From contig JANJGN010000041.1 in NCBI GenBank assembly GCA_026770705.1, positions 4,588,001 to 4,652,000 of the forward strand: a DNA stretch of 64,000 nucleotides, given 5' to 3'. Origin of the DNA: Isurus oxyrinchus. Taxonomy: Eukaryota. A model generated the notes under the pieces. That model was not told the origin of the DNA. It ran no database searches and saw only the letters and a program-made list of their open reading frames with translations. Below are positions 1-12,359 of this stretch, in pieces (within the stretch, counting starts at the first letter, position 1; every line of letters begins with the position of its first letter). A program made the position numbers and the translations under genes.

Positions 1-704
1 AAGCTTTGGTTGCCATGGAGCACTTTGCCAATCTGTTAAATATTTGCTTGGAACACGGAGGTGACCAGTTGCCATCCTTTCTGAGAGCCTTGAACAAGAT
101 GTGAATATCTGGCATTAATGAATCACCCCAGGATAGGTGGCATCAGCTCACTGCCCGTCTGTGTGGACAATACGCTGACTGTCCACTCCTGAGTCTCCAA
201 ATGCCGCTCGATTCAATCAATAAACACGCTGGATTTTTGTTATAGTAACTTTTACAGCGGAACCGCAGGAGATTCAGCTACAGATCACAATCTTTTATTA
301 GAGAAATTGCAAGCAGAGTTTGGTAAAGGTGTGTGTGCCCGATTCTTTCATTGGACAGCAGACGGTATATTGGTACAGGTATGTGTGTAATTCTGGCATT
401 GTCCAGCAGAGAGTAGATTGGTAAAGGCAACATGAGCTAGCACCATGGCAAACTACAAGCAGACAACTTATTTTATACACGTACAGGAACAATCTTCAAA
501 TTCCAATCTTGTCACCTTATTGATTACATTACAGATGTGCTTTCACGCCAGCAGAGACCTCTCCCTCTATCTAGCCTGGGACCATCTGCCCTTTCCTTAC
601 CTGTTGAAGAGCACAACGAATCTCTGCTTTTGTCATCCTTTGACTCCATTCCGGCTCCCGAGGCCTTTCTGTTTTTTTTTTTTTGCAGGCCCTAAGGACC
701 GAAT

Positions 705-1515
705 AATCACACACACACACACACTTTAACCGATCTACCCTCCACTGGACAATGTCAGAATCAAACACAAACTTTAACCAATGAACCCTCCGCTGGATAA
801 TGTCAGAATCACACCCAAACAAATCTGCACTCTGCTGGCCAATGTCAGAATCACACACTCCTCTGTACCAATCCACCCTCTGTGACAGAATTTCAACATC
901 ACACACACACCTTTAGCAATCTACCCTCTGCTGCACCAGCACAATATCAGAATCACACACACATCTTTACCAATCAACCCTCTGCTGCACAATCACAATA
1001 TCAGATACACACACATATATTTACCAATCTACCCTCTGCTGCACAAGCACAATATCAGAATCACACACACAACTTTAGCAATCTACCCTCTGCTGCACAA
1101 GTACAATATCAGAATCACACACACACATCTTTAACAATCTACACTCAGCTGGACAAAGTCAGAATCACATGCATACCTTTACCAATCTACCCTCTACTGG
1201 TCAATATCAGGTTCACACACATACCTTTACCAATCTACCCTCTGCTGCACAAGTACAATATCAGAATCGCACACAAACACATCTTTAACAATTTACCCTC
1301 AGCTGGACAAAGTCAGAACAACACACAAACTTTATACCAATCTACCCTCTGCTGGTCAATGTCAGAATCACACACATACCTTTAACAATCTACCCTCTGT
1401 TGGACAATATCAGAAGCACACACCGGCCTTTACCAATCTACGCTCAGCTGGACCATGTCAGAATCACACACACAACTTTAACAATCTACCCTCTGCTGGA
1501 CAATATCAGAATCAG
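705..1515. repeat. minisatellite, 48-60 bp unit (aatcacacac...tttaccaatctaccctctgctggacaatatcag)
   Basis: About 15 tandem copies; inverted copies at about 320-430. Confidence 0.9.
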
Positions 1516-2757
1516 AAACTGCTGAAATTGAAAGGAAAAGTTAAAGCTTTTTCCAAAGCTGCGAGCAGGTGATGAAGCTATGAACAAAACATTTGGAGAA
1601 TTGAAAGAATTCACTTGTCAACGGAGTCTGGCCTGGCCAACAGTGAAACCTACATGAAGGACAAGGATAGCGACTGGTGACAGCACAGTTCCGTTTCAGA
1701 GGCAAACATTTAACCAAAAGAAGAAGTCTTAAATTTAGAAATATATAACTAATGGGGCTAATTTATAATTTAGGAGAGGAAGACACTGACATTAAGATGC
1801 AGGATGAGATGGAGAAATAAGGATAATATACACGGTGGAACAGACAAACGGAGTGAGACGGAGATTAGAGAATATCATCGAGTCAAAGACAGGTAGAGAG
1901 TGAGCGAAGGAAGTGGGAGAGAGATGGCAGAGAGGGAGATGCAGCGAGAGAGTGAGAGGAAATTCTGATAGAGAGAGAGGCAGAGAGACTTATCTAGAAC
2001 CGGATAGAGAAATAAAAGGAGAGGGAGAGAGGGAGAGAGAAGACGGGAAATGTTATAAAAATGAACAAGTGAAATGAGTAAACCCCTGAAGAGCCTTCCG
2101 CTTCTCGGTCTTCCCCAAAGCTGGGAACAGACAAACATTTACTACTGAAAGGTCGACAATGTTTCAAGCAACATACTTCATCATCGAGTTAATAACAAGG
2201 TCGTCTGTTTTTTCTGATACTGCTCAACTGAACAATATCACTTCCTGCGTCCCAGGGAGAACGCTTCATTTATTGTCACAATTGACGCAGCCGGAGTGGG
2301 CTTTTGGAAGATTGTAAGAAACAGATTGAACATAATTGGCAGAGGAACCCGATGACATATGTGGGAAAATGTATTTTCACATAGCCTGACTATGTGATCT
2401 GTAAGGTTCTTCCTGAAAGGGGAATGGAGGAAGGTACGATGGTGAATTAAAAACGAGGAGATGTGGACATAATTGAACGGGTAAACAGAGCGATGACAGA
2501 GCAATGGGGAAAGTGAAAAGATCGAGTGGGCAGCATTCGGTAGATATTTCATAACACCCAGCAGAGGCTCAATGGACCAAATCGTGCTTTTCTCTTCTGA
2601 TTGGCTCTTACTTTAAACACCGTTCTGAATTATTTTGAACCTTCACTATGTCACTCATTGCACAGATATGTCTCTCTATTGATTAACAAGTATCTGGCTT
2701 GGGAGACTGTCTCTTTCACATGCTCAAAGTGGACAAAATCGTCATGGTGCGTGTGTT

Positions 2758-2793
2758 ATTATTAACTACTGAACAGTCAGTCAGTTCCTATAA
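2758..2793 (+). promoter_or_regulatory. promoter of defensin A: ATTATTAACTAC box + TATAA
   Basis: Box at 2758-2769, TATAA at 2789-2793, 19-nt spacer; the same arrangement occurs in copies C, D and E. Confidence 0.6.
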
Positions 2794-2843
2794 CGAGCAT
2801 CCGTACTCCTGTTATCGCATTGGCACTCTGAGGAGATCAAATG

Positions 2844-3857
2844 ACGTAGAAATCTCTGTTTTTGTGCTTGGATTAATGGCCATGGCAGGGCCGCTTTACA
2901 GCCACAATCATTATACTACCCGAGGTCAGTGTATTTCACATTAATCGCTATAGATCAATATTGAATGGAAAAGGAGGTGTCCATTCAGCCCCTGAAGCCT
3001 GTATCTCTGATCAGTTGACAATTGGCTGATGTGCACTGACCATCATCGCTCCAATTTATTTCCATAACCATTAAAACACTTATCAAATGTAAACCTATCA
3101 ATTTCGGTTTTGGATCAATTCAACTAAAATGTATTGATGGCATTTTATTTATTGTAGGTTTGTCCAGTCTCCATCAACATCATGCAATAATCTGCCTGTA
3201 ACCCCCTCATGTGTCTCATTCACATGCTGTCCCTCAGCGATTTATTACATTCACTCTATACCATGCTGTCAACACGCACCTTATTCACCATCGTATGATA
3301 TTGTCTTGTCTGACAACCTTGCAAGATAAGTGGGCACCACAATTCTGCCTGATTCTGTATGCCCTGATATCAGTCGTTTCCTCATTGACGGCTGTGTCTT
3401 CTGTGGCTGGGGACAGATTCTTCAGCATTCCACTAAAACCCCCATGATTATTTTTCTCTATGGAAATTATTTTTCCTTATGCTACTGCTGAATCGCTCGC
3501 TTATCTCTAGATTTTGAATGCACGATACGAGTTGTTTCCATTTTCGCTGTGCACAGGCAGGGTAACTGTATCTCTTGCTTTGACCTCTCTTTGAGCACAG
3601 TGCCCAGAAGTAATCTACAAATCCCTCGGGTAGACCACAGTAAGAACACTGTTCACTATTCTGGTATCAATGTTCCACTGTTCGTCCACACTTGGAACAA
3701 TGATGGTCATCAATGAATTGTTCCTTTCACTTCGCCGGGCCTCACCATAGAACGTGACCTGATTGGAGGGAGACACGGACTTGACAACTGTAAGGCTGTC
3801 AGGACCCGCGTCGGACAATGTTGTTGTCTGACATTCGACTGCTACAAGAGTAAGTGA
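2844..3857 (+). pseudogene. beta-defensin-like pseudogene A (exon 1 2844-2924, exon 2 3739-3857)
   Basis: Exon 1 reads ACG TAG AAA TCT CTG TTT TTG -TG CTT GGA..., i.e. [M][W]KSLFL-VLGLMAMAGPLYSHNHYTTRG, with start ATG>ACG, TGG>TAG and a 1-nt deletion; phase-1 donor G|GTCAGT at 2925. Exon 2 follows a mutated acceptor (CAG>CGG, 3736-3738) and reads GLTIE[R]DLIGGR[H]GLDNCKAVRTRVGQCCCLTFDC[Y]KSK*. This fits canonical C-x6-C-x4-C-x9-C-x6-CC spacing with C1=CGT, C2=CAC, C6=TAC. Confidence 0.8.
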
Positions 3858-6016
3858 GTTACTACAACTAAATGTTTATCATTTGAGAGTTGCCTGAGGC
3901 CTTGTCTGAAGCTCACTGTAATTTCTGCAATTCATGATCTGCCAAATTGCTTAGATCTGATGACCCATTGCTCCCTGTTTCCTAAAAACTGTGAAGAAAA
4001 CACAGTGCCTTGCACAATGCTTCTTGTCCAGCAATAAAGTCTCACTTGGATCGGTGTGTTGCCATATTGACAGGTTTGGACGGGAGGTCAGAAAATGGCA
4101 GGGCGGCAGTGACATCATGCAGCGGCAATATAGTCATCTGTGCAGAACACAAAACTTCCAAACAATGCCAGAGGAATGTTTTCCACCATCACTGATATGC
4201 CTTCTGATACTATGATACTAGCAGGAAAGATACTCTAGGGATGATAATAAAGTGGCTAACAGCCAAGACGGGATGACATTGAAAGGCCCCAACATTGACT
4301 ATAGGCACTACAGTGTCTCAAACAGCATCAGGACAAACACGGAAGATTCCTGCTTCATCCCATCTCCCATTCTCTGTAAGCAGATGAATATTTAGGTCCC
4401 CACCCTCCATCACATTTTAGACACGACTTGAAAGAAAACATGGCTGCGAAAAATGCACCCTGAATGTCAGTCTTGAATGGCAATTTTCAAGTATGACACC
4501 GAACACCAGTACAGACGAGTTAGGCCAGGACTAAAAGGATAGACTGTAATGGTTCTAGAAGGCAGCTCATGATGAACTACTTCAAAAATATGCCCAGAAA
4601 TGTGTAAGTGGTTGATGTATCTCGGCCTCATCCTGAGTCGTCCAATATCACAGGTATCAAAATTTAGCCATTTTATTTCACAATGGTGTCATTGAATGAG
4701 ACAAATTGAATGCACACAACCTCCGTGCAGTAGGACTGAAGACGTGAATTGCCCCTCAGACAGACAGTCTTTTCAATTTGAAGAGCAGCATGCTGATCAC
4801 ACTGTCTTAAAGGGTGTCACACGGGATTGTTTGTTTCACACATTCTCTCAAACAGAGTCCACGCACCACCAACTTCTGCCCTTCCCAAATGCCTCCAAAC
4901 CAGCTTTGGAGAATATCATGCAAGAGTTGGAGTGATTAACAGTTTAGTGATCAATGTTTGAACGTCGCCATGTGTACTCATTATAAGACCTAGATGACCT
5001 TGAAATGGAAATTACACATGGAGCTTCCAGGAGAGACGGATGAAAACTCTGAAATTGGCCAGGAAATCCCTCAGAAAGGATGGCAGCAGCCCAGAGATAA
5101 ATATGCAGCAAGGTTATCCTCATAAATATTTAGCCATCTGGGCAGATGGATATGAAGTTTGAAAGAGACAAGGAGATATAGCACAGGAGAAGGTTGGAGA
5201 AGCAATGAGAAAATGAGTAGCCGAACAGGGGGCTGTAATGCAATCCGGTTTTCAGAAAGAGGAATGGTGATAATAGGGAAAATATCTACTTTCAAACAGG
5301 GAGCTTTTAGTGTCTGGAATGAACTGACTGAGAGTTAGCAGCAGACAGATTCCATCGTCGCTTTTTGAAGGAGATTCAATCACTATCTAGAAAGGAAAGA
5401 TGTACAGGGCCACGGTGAATTCGGGTGGTTAGAGCCTCGGTGAGAGTCCCTCGCTGAGTGGCAGCTCAGTGACGAAGGACAATGTTTACCTTCTGCTCGG
5501 GAATCATTGGATGATTCTATGGGGGAGAGGATGAGTGTGAAATGGGGCAAGAGAAAATAATCGTGACACAGTCACGGCAAAAATAACAACAGGTTTAGAA
5601 AGGTTAAGGCTGCGGGAGAAATGGATTCAGACAGAGAAAAACAGAAAAGGACAATTGAGTGAGAGAGAGTTTGATAACAGTTCAAGGTAAATGCGATTTT
5701 TCATTTACTGAATGAAACACAAATGCACAACACGATATAACAGTTTTCTTCAGAAATGTGCAAAAACAGCAGGATCAGCACCAAAAATAAAGGAAAATAC
5801 CTTAGGTAGCTTATACTTTAAGTTATGAAACATGATCGTTCACTTAATACTTGTAATGAAAACCAGGAATATAAATAAACAAACAAATATAAAAGCAAAA
5901 ATATGAATACAGCATAATTAAATAAGTAAATAAATGGGTACATGAATAAAAATATGACTAAATCAAAATAAATAAATATAGATTGATTCCTTAATACGTA
6001 AATATAAAGGTAGGTA

Positions 6017-7270
6017 NNNNNNNNNNNNNNNNNNNNNNNNNNNNNNNNNNNNNNNNNNNNNNNNNNNNNNNNNNNNNNNNNNNNNNNNNNNNNNNNNNNN
6101 NNNNNNNNNNNNNNNNNNNNNNNNNNNNNNNNNNNNNNNNNNNNNNNNNNNNNNNNNNNNNNNNNNNNNNNNNNNNNNNNNNNNNNNNNNNNNNNNNNNN
6201 NNNNNNNNNNNNNNNNNNNNNNNNNNNNNNNNNNNNNNNNNNTGGAAATCCAAAACAAGAACAGAATTATAGTTCAACAGTTCTGTTGAAGGGTCGTGAG
6301 GACTCATAACGTCAAATGTATTCTTCTCCACCGATGCTGCCAGACCTGCTGAGTTTTTCCAGGTCATTCTGTTTTTGTTGTAGATAGATANNNNNNNNNN
6401 NNNNNNNNNNNNNNNNNNNNNNNNNNNNNNNNNNNNNNNNNNNNNNNNNNNNNNNNNNNNNNNNNNNNNNNNNNNNNNNNNNNNNNNNNNNNNNNNNNNN
6501 NNNNNNNNNNNNNNNNNNNNNNNNNNNNNNNNNNNNNNNNNNNNNNNNNNNNNNNNNNNNNNNNNNNNNNNNNNNNNNNNNNNNNNNNNNNNNNNNNNNN
6601 NNNNNNNNNNNNNNNNNNNNNNNNNNNNNNNNNNNNNNNNNNNNNNNNNNNNNNNNNNNNNNNNNNNNNNNNNNNNNNNNNNNNNNNTGGAAATCCAAAA
6701 CAAGAACAGAATTACACTTCAACAGTTCTGTTGAAGGGTCGTGAGGACTCATAACGTCAAATGTTTTCTTCTCCACCGATGCTGCCAGACCTGCTGAGTT
6801 TTTCCAGGTCATTCTGTTTTTGTTGTAGANNNNNNNNNNNNNNNNNNNNNNNNNNNNNNNNNNNNNNNNNNNNNNNNNNNNNNNNNNNNNNNNNNNNNNN
6901 NNNNNNNNNNNNNNNNNNNNNNNNNNNNNNNNNNNNNNNNNNNNNNNNNNNNNNNNNNNNNNNNNNNNNNNNNNNNNNNNNNNNNNNNNNNNNNNNATAG
7001 ATAGATAGTTATATAGATAGATGGAATGCTATATAGATAGATAGATGGAATGCTATATAGATAGATAGATTGATAGCTAGATAGATACATAGGATAGACA
7101 GACAGGCAGNNNNNNNNNNNNNNNNNNNNNNNNNNNNNNNNNNNNNNNNNNNNNNNNNNNNNNNNNNNNNNNNNNNNNNNNNNNNNNNNNNNNNNNNNNN
7201 NNNNNNNNNNNNNNNNNNNNNNNNNNNNNNNNNNNNNNNNNNNNNATAGATATATGGATAGGTAGATAGA
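6017..7270. other. N-runs (6017-6242, 6391-6687, 6830-6996, 7110-7245) within a (GATA)n-rich region; another at 9009-9185
   Basis: Ns abut tagatagata tracts, so they are gaps or masked microsatellites. Confidence 0.85.
6243..6829 (+). mobile_element. two near-identical Penelope-type pLTR fragments with a short inverted 5' segment, separated by Ns
   Basis: 6243-6390 and 6688-6829; the leading aaaacaagaacagaat is an inverted repeat of the distal attctgtttttgttg. Confidence 0.65.
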
Positions 7271-7721
7271 TACATAAACAATTTGTTCAATTATTAGAAA
7301 CGCAATTAATTAATTTGCCAATCGGTCAACCTATCAAGCGATTGATTAATTGCACATGCTCCCACACAGACCCATGAAGTTTCTGCTGGAAAAAGTATAG
7401 AGGAGCAGTGACTCTTGTACCAACAGCGTATAAGAACACAACAACATCCTCCTGTGCCTCTCCTGCTACACCAGCTGATTTGTTTTCTCATCCTGGCCTC
7501 ACTCTAACCCCTCCCCCACCCCCACGTTCATTGTACAGAGAAGAGCAACGTTCGAAGATGCCTTTGATTAACAAGTCCGTTTCCCATTACAATTCTAACA
7601 GACGCTCAATATAGCCTAGCAGCACAACACTCGTTACTTTTGGTGATGTCCGTTTGAGGCTCTGATTAAATTCCTCTAACCAAGATATCGCCAGAGGCTA
7701 AATGAGGGCTTAACTGGTGCC

Positions 7722-8931
7722 TCAGTTCAATCTTCCATAATGGCTACAGCAGAGGGTCATGAAGCCCAATTCACTTCTTCTGAACTCTCTATCGCATTTA
7801 TCAGTGACAAAATTACACTGATGAGCCCTCGATTTGGCTAGACAAAATCAAGGGGAAACATCTTCCCTACACCCACACAATCAAAAGCTTCTATGGCATG
7901 TACAACAACAGCCACTTTTATTTAAAGGCGCCATTATCCTTCTGAAGCATTCCATGGTGCCTCACATTATTCTCCTCAAAGCGATATCGCCATCGGCCGA
8001 TAGGGGGAGACACTGGAACGGACGACAATGTATTTCTTAAACGTCATAGGGTTGAAGGAGCGTCTTACAGGATGAACAAGAGATGGAACAATATAGGGTA
8101 GGGGTGTGTTGGAATTCAAGCGCTTGGGGCCCAAGCATAGAAAGGCAGAGCCGCTAAAGTTAGGATACATTGTTATGGAGGCTTGTAAGTGCGAGACCAG
8201 TAAGGTTCGGGTTCGAATAGACAAGTCCGGATTTAAAGCATGTCTGGTGGAGTGTTTCAATAGGCACGCGGTGTTACGTAGGTCGAACAGTATGGATTAC
8301 ATAGATTATGTGGCATGAATCACAACTTGTGCTCCAATATGACAACAAGTTAGTGAAAGGTTCCACCATTGATATTCGCCAAGGGCTGAGAGATTTTAGT
8401 GATATTTATTTAAGGCAAATATTTCCACATCCATTGTTGGTTGGTGGATAAGCAGTCCGGCAACTGAGAGACAGTGGAACAGTTGATAGGTGTAATAGTG
8501 AGCTAGGGCTTAGCGCCATACTTGTGAACAATAACACTGTGTTATTGACTGATGTCCCCGAGGGGCACCACAAATGGAGGTGGGGGGAGTACCGTAATTG
8601 AAGTGCAGGGCAAAGCGGGAGACTGTGAGATATTCAAAATAATGCACTGTTGAATATTTTACAATTACACAGCCGTGAGGTTGTGGCGTCTTTTGATGAA
8701 AAGATGTTCAAAGTCCAGAAACAAAGTGGGTAAACGTTGCTGAGGTGCAGGTTAAAAAACTGCAGTTCTATGTTGGAAGAGCCCCGGCGTTCCAGTTCCT
8801 ATCTATAGCGCTATGTGTTGGATACTGAGAGATATACTGAAGTGCCAATTCTGAGGGTACACTGAACATCCGACAGTAAATGGCTGTATCAGCACCAAGA
8901 CACCAAATACCAAGAGCAGCCTTTTCACCGT
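7722..8931 (-). pseudogene. beta-defensin-like pseudogene B (exon 1 8931-8842, exon 2 7837-7722)
   Basis: Exon 1 reads [ACG]VKRLLLVFGVLVLIQPFTVGCSVYPQNWH, homologous to the other exon 1s; the donor position reads TTCAGT (GT lost). Exon 2 follows a good acceptor (tttccccttgattttgtctag) and reads AKSRAHQCNFVTDKCDRE[F]RRSELGFMTLCCSHYGRLN* (C-x6-C-x3-[TTC]...CC). At 116 nt it is the same length as exon 2 of copy C. Confidence 0.72.
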
Positions 8932-10149
8932 TTTCTGCTGAGTTCCTCAGAGTCACTATGAGACGATTGGAATATGGAACAATTTCGATTGGCTCAGGAA
9001 GCATCTTGNNNNNNNNNNNNNNNNNNNNNNNNNNNNNNNNNNNNNNNNNNNNNNNNNNNNNNNNNNNNNNNNNNNNNNNNNNNNNNNNNNNNNNNNNNNN
9101 NNNNNNNNNNNNNNNNNNNNNNNNNNNNNNNNNNNNNNNNNNNNNNNNNNNNNNNNNNNNNNNNNNNNNNNNNNNNNNNNNNNNNGGATTGTTTACATCT
9201 TTGACGTATAAGAAGAGCCCAGGGATGGAGATCAAGAGTGACTTAATCAATGATTAAATGTGTTGCCAAAGCTGTTTTTTTTAATTAAAATCCATCAGTA
9301 AGTCATATTAATCATTCTCCTTGGGAGAATTTATAAGAATCACCGGTTGAAATTTAATAAATTAAAAACATGTAAAATTAAATCCTTGTTGCCTTCCACT
9401 TAGTTCATTTTCCAAATATCTTTATTGTGTTTTTACTGGTTACCTAACCTCCTACTCTCTAAGATAACCCACAGCGTCTGTGAGCTGAATACTTGGCTGG
9501 GACATTTATTTGTCCACCTGACATAACTGAACGAGGTGATCAGGTCATTACCTCTTCAGTGGGAGCTTTCTGTACACCGATTGGCTATCACACTTTCCAC
9601 ATTACATCATTGATGACACCTAAAGATTTTTTCGGGAAAACTTCCGGAAGTTCTGACGCTGCCAATTATGGTACAGAAATGCAATATTATTTTTTCTAAT
9701 TCTATTTGCACCTCTCCATCCATCTTCGTCCTAATACTCTCCCTCCTGCCTCCCTGAGATTATGTTAAGTTTCTCATTCTCTATCTCGCTCTGCTTCTCT
9801 AACTTATCATTTGCCTCTCCTTCTTCACCCATTCCATTCGCCATCTTCCATTCACTACCTCTCCGTTAAATATTTCTAAATATAAGTCGTTGGTGTATGG
9901 TTAAATATTTCCCTCTGAAACGGAAATGTCCTGTCACCAGGTGCAATCCTGTCTGACACCCTTTTTGCGAATAGAAAGGAATGAGCTGTACCTGAATATG
10001 AAGCAGCAGCTCACAGTCTGTCTGTGGAGACAGTACACAATCTCTTAACTAATGAGTTTTCAAATCCCATCACACTACTTTATTAAAACCTCTGCATTAT
10101 TCTAGGTTTAATGTTGTCTGGGTCGAAGTATCCACAGACAGAAGGAGAC

Positions 10150-10560
10150 TGGGAAAGAAAGCTGGTGAGTGGGGAGAGAGAGAGAGTCAGGGCAAGACAG
10201 TTTGTGCAGAGTGAGAGAGGGAGAGAGTGAATGAGACAGGGCAAGAAATCTGGTGAGAGAGAGCAAGATACGGGGCAAGAAAGCTGGCTAGAGAGAGAGA
10301 GAGAGAGAGAAAGAGAAGGGACAGTGAGAGAGAGAGAGGGCTTGAAACCCGGTGAGGGAGAGAATGTGCGACAGGGCAAGAAAGCTGGTGAGAGAGAGAG
10401 AGGGGAGAGCAAGAGAGAGATAGAGAGAGAGAGAGAGGGCAATAAAGTAAGAGAAAGAGAGGGAGCGAGAGAGAGAGACGGGTAAAGAAAACTATTGAGA
10501 CTGAGAGAGAGACGCAGATAGGGCAAGAAAGCTGATAAGAGAGAGAGATTGAGAAATGGC
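10150..10560. repeat. GA-rich compound repeat (gggcaagaaagctgg(ga)n)
   Basis: Direct reading. Confidence 0.8.
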
Positions 10561-12270
10561 AAAAAATTGCATACATCGATAATCTATACCATCACGGGAT
10601 CCCATATCCCTCACATCTGTTATCATCAAGGAAAGTGATCAGGCCTGGTTCAATCTGGAGTGTAAGAGAGAACGTTAGGAACAGCATCACCCACATTTAA
10701 ACTCCGGCACCAACTTTCTGAAGCTGCAACACAGGACTACATGCAAGACAAACAGCGAAAGCAGCAAGCGATACTCAGCTAGGCACTCAAAAAAGCAGCA
10801 GTTCAGATCACATCTCTGCGGACCAACCCGTCCAACTTCTAAATGGTGATGGACAGTAGAACAACTAAATGGAGAAGGGGTTTCCTAAAATATCCCCATT
10901 CTCAATGATGAGGTAGGTGAGCTTGAAAATAAAAAAAAAGACAAGGCTTAATTATTTGCAACCACCTTCTGACAGTCGTGCTGATTGGATAATATACATG
11001 GGCCTCCTCCTGTGGCCAACCAAAGCACAAATTCCAGTCTTCAACCGTTTCTCTTCACTCCACAGGTTATACATTATATGGCTGAAGGCATTGAATACCA
11101 TCGTGGATGACGGACTCTGAAAATGTTTTGGCAGTTTCTAAAGACTTTCAACAAAGCTAGTTCCAGCAACCACTTGCATTCAATTTATTTTTACGGTGAT
11201 AATTAGACATTCAGCTTTTGTGAGTTTGTGTTTTGCCTTCATAGATCGACAGTGTTCCGCTGGCACACATTCAGGGACAGCTGATTCTTTAACCGTGCTA
11301 AAGGCTGTCAGACAGGATGGGGACAGGGCAGCTCCTTTTGAGAGGAAAAATGTTAACAAACCGTCAACCCATAAACCTTAGAAATATCTATCCACCTGGG
11401 CAGCTGGGTAAAGCTGGGTGAGAGATTCAGAGAGAGAGCAAGAACAACGGGAAGCTGTGGACAGAGGTTGAGGAAGGGACAGACAAAAATGCAGAAGGAG
11501 ATAGCGTGATATAAGCACGAGGGATCCATTGTTAGCTTGACAGGCAGAGAGGAGAGAGGGGAAAAAAAGGAGATGAAGGAAGAGGTGGAAGCATTTATAG
11601 AATAAAAACAACATTTACATTCGTATAGAGCCCTTAAAACGTAAGACTGTCCCAAAGAATTTCTCCATCAATATTCAAGCGCCATCAGTGATTTAACTTC
11701 CTGGAGACAATTTTCCCTTCGCAGACTACCCCTGATGAATACTAGTTGGCTAATCTTCATCTAAAGGTGGCCCCATACTATTATCCAGACTGGGACATCT
11801 GGTGGTCAGCAGAACGACATTGAAGATAATTGCAGACAACAGCAAACTGAACTATATAGAAGCTGAGGAGACTGCCACTTAACACAGTTAGTTGTTGTGA
11901 TCTAAAATGCTCTCCCTGACAGTAGTTTCAACAGGAACTTTCAGAATATGAGGTGTAATAATAACTGAAAGGAATAAACTGCAGGACAATGTGGAGACAA
12001 CACGTTAAAGGTGCTGGACTTAGTTTGCTGGTTCAAAGAGAAAGCATCTACTCAATGACTCGAAGGGCGTATTCTGTTTATGCTACTTACTAGAAGGACA
12101 GCAAATGCGTTCTTCCTAAATGGGATCATTACCCAAATTGGACCATCAGAAATTAAGTAAATCGAATTTCGTTGTGAGACAAGCTTCTTCTTTGACTCCC
12201 AATACAGTTCATCTAATTTATTGGTTTAATCTTCAATTAAAGTGGAGGCTGTCCGCTCAATGCGAGTGTG

Positions 12271-12307
12271 ATTATTAACTACCGGATCCTTTATGAGCTT
12301 ATATAAA
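12271..12307 (+). promoter_or_regulatory. promoter of defensin C: HNF1-like box + TATA
   Basis: ATTATTAACTAC at 12271-12282 (reverse strand GTTAATAATCAC), TATAAA at 12302-12307, 19-nt spacer. Confidence 0.7.
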
Positions 12308-12359
12308 CAGCATCAGCACTCCAGCTATCACACTGCGTCTCTGAGGTGCTCAGCGGAAG

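Noticed and set aside
3991-4215. Cys-containing ORFs (CLAQC...VCCH; CSGNIVIC) as exon 2 of copy A
   Set aside because: Correspond to the degenerate polyA region and a LINE endonuclease fragment shared by the cassettes.
5818-7290. ORFs spanning N-runs, and the duplicated 6243/6688 fragments as a biological tandem
   Set aside because: The ORFs are artefacts of Ns; the duplication cannot be separated from an assembly artefact without reads.
7306-7491. Cys-rich minus-strand ORF (WCSRRGTGGCCCVLIRC)
   Set aside because: No signal peptide, no usable acceptor, non-defensin spacing; lies in the 3' flank of copy B.
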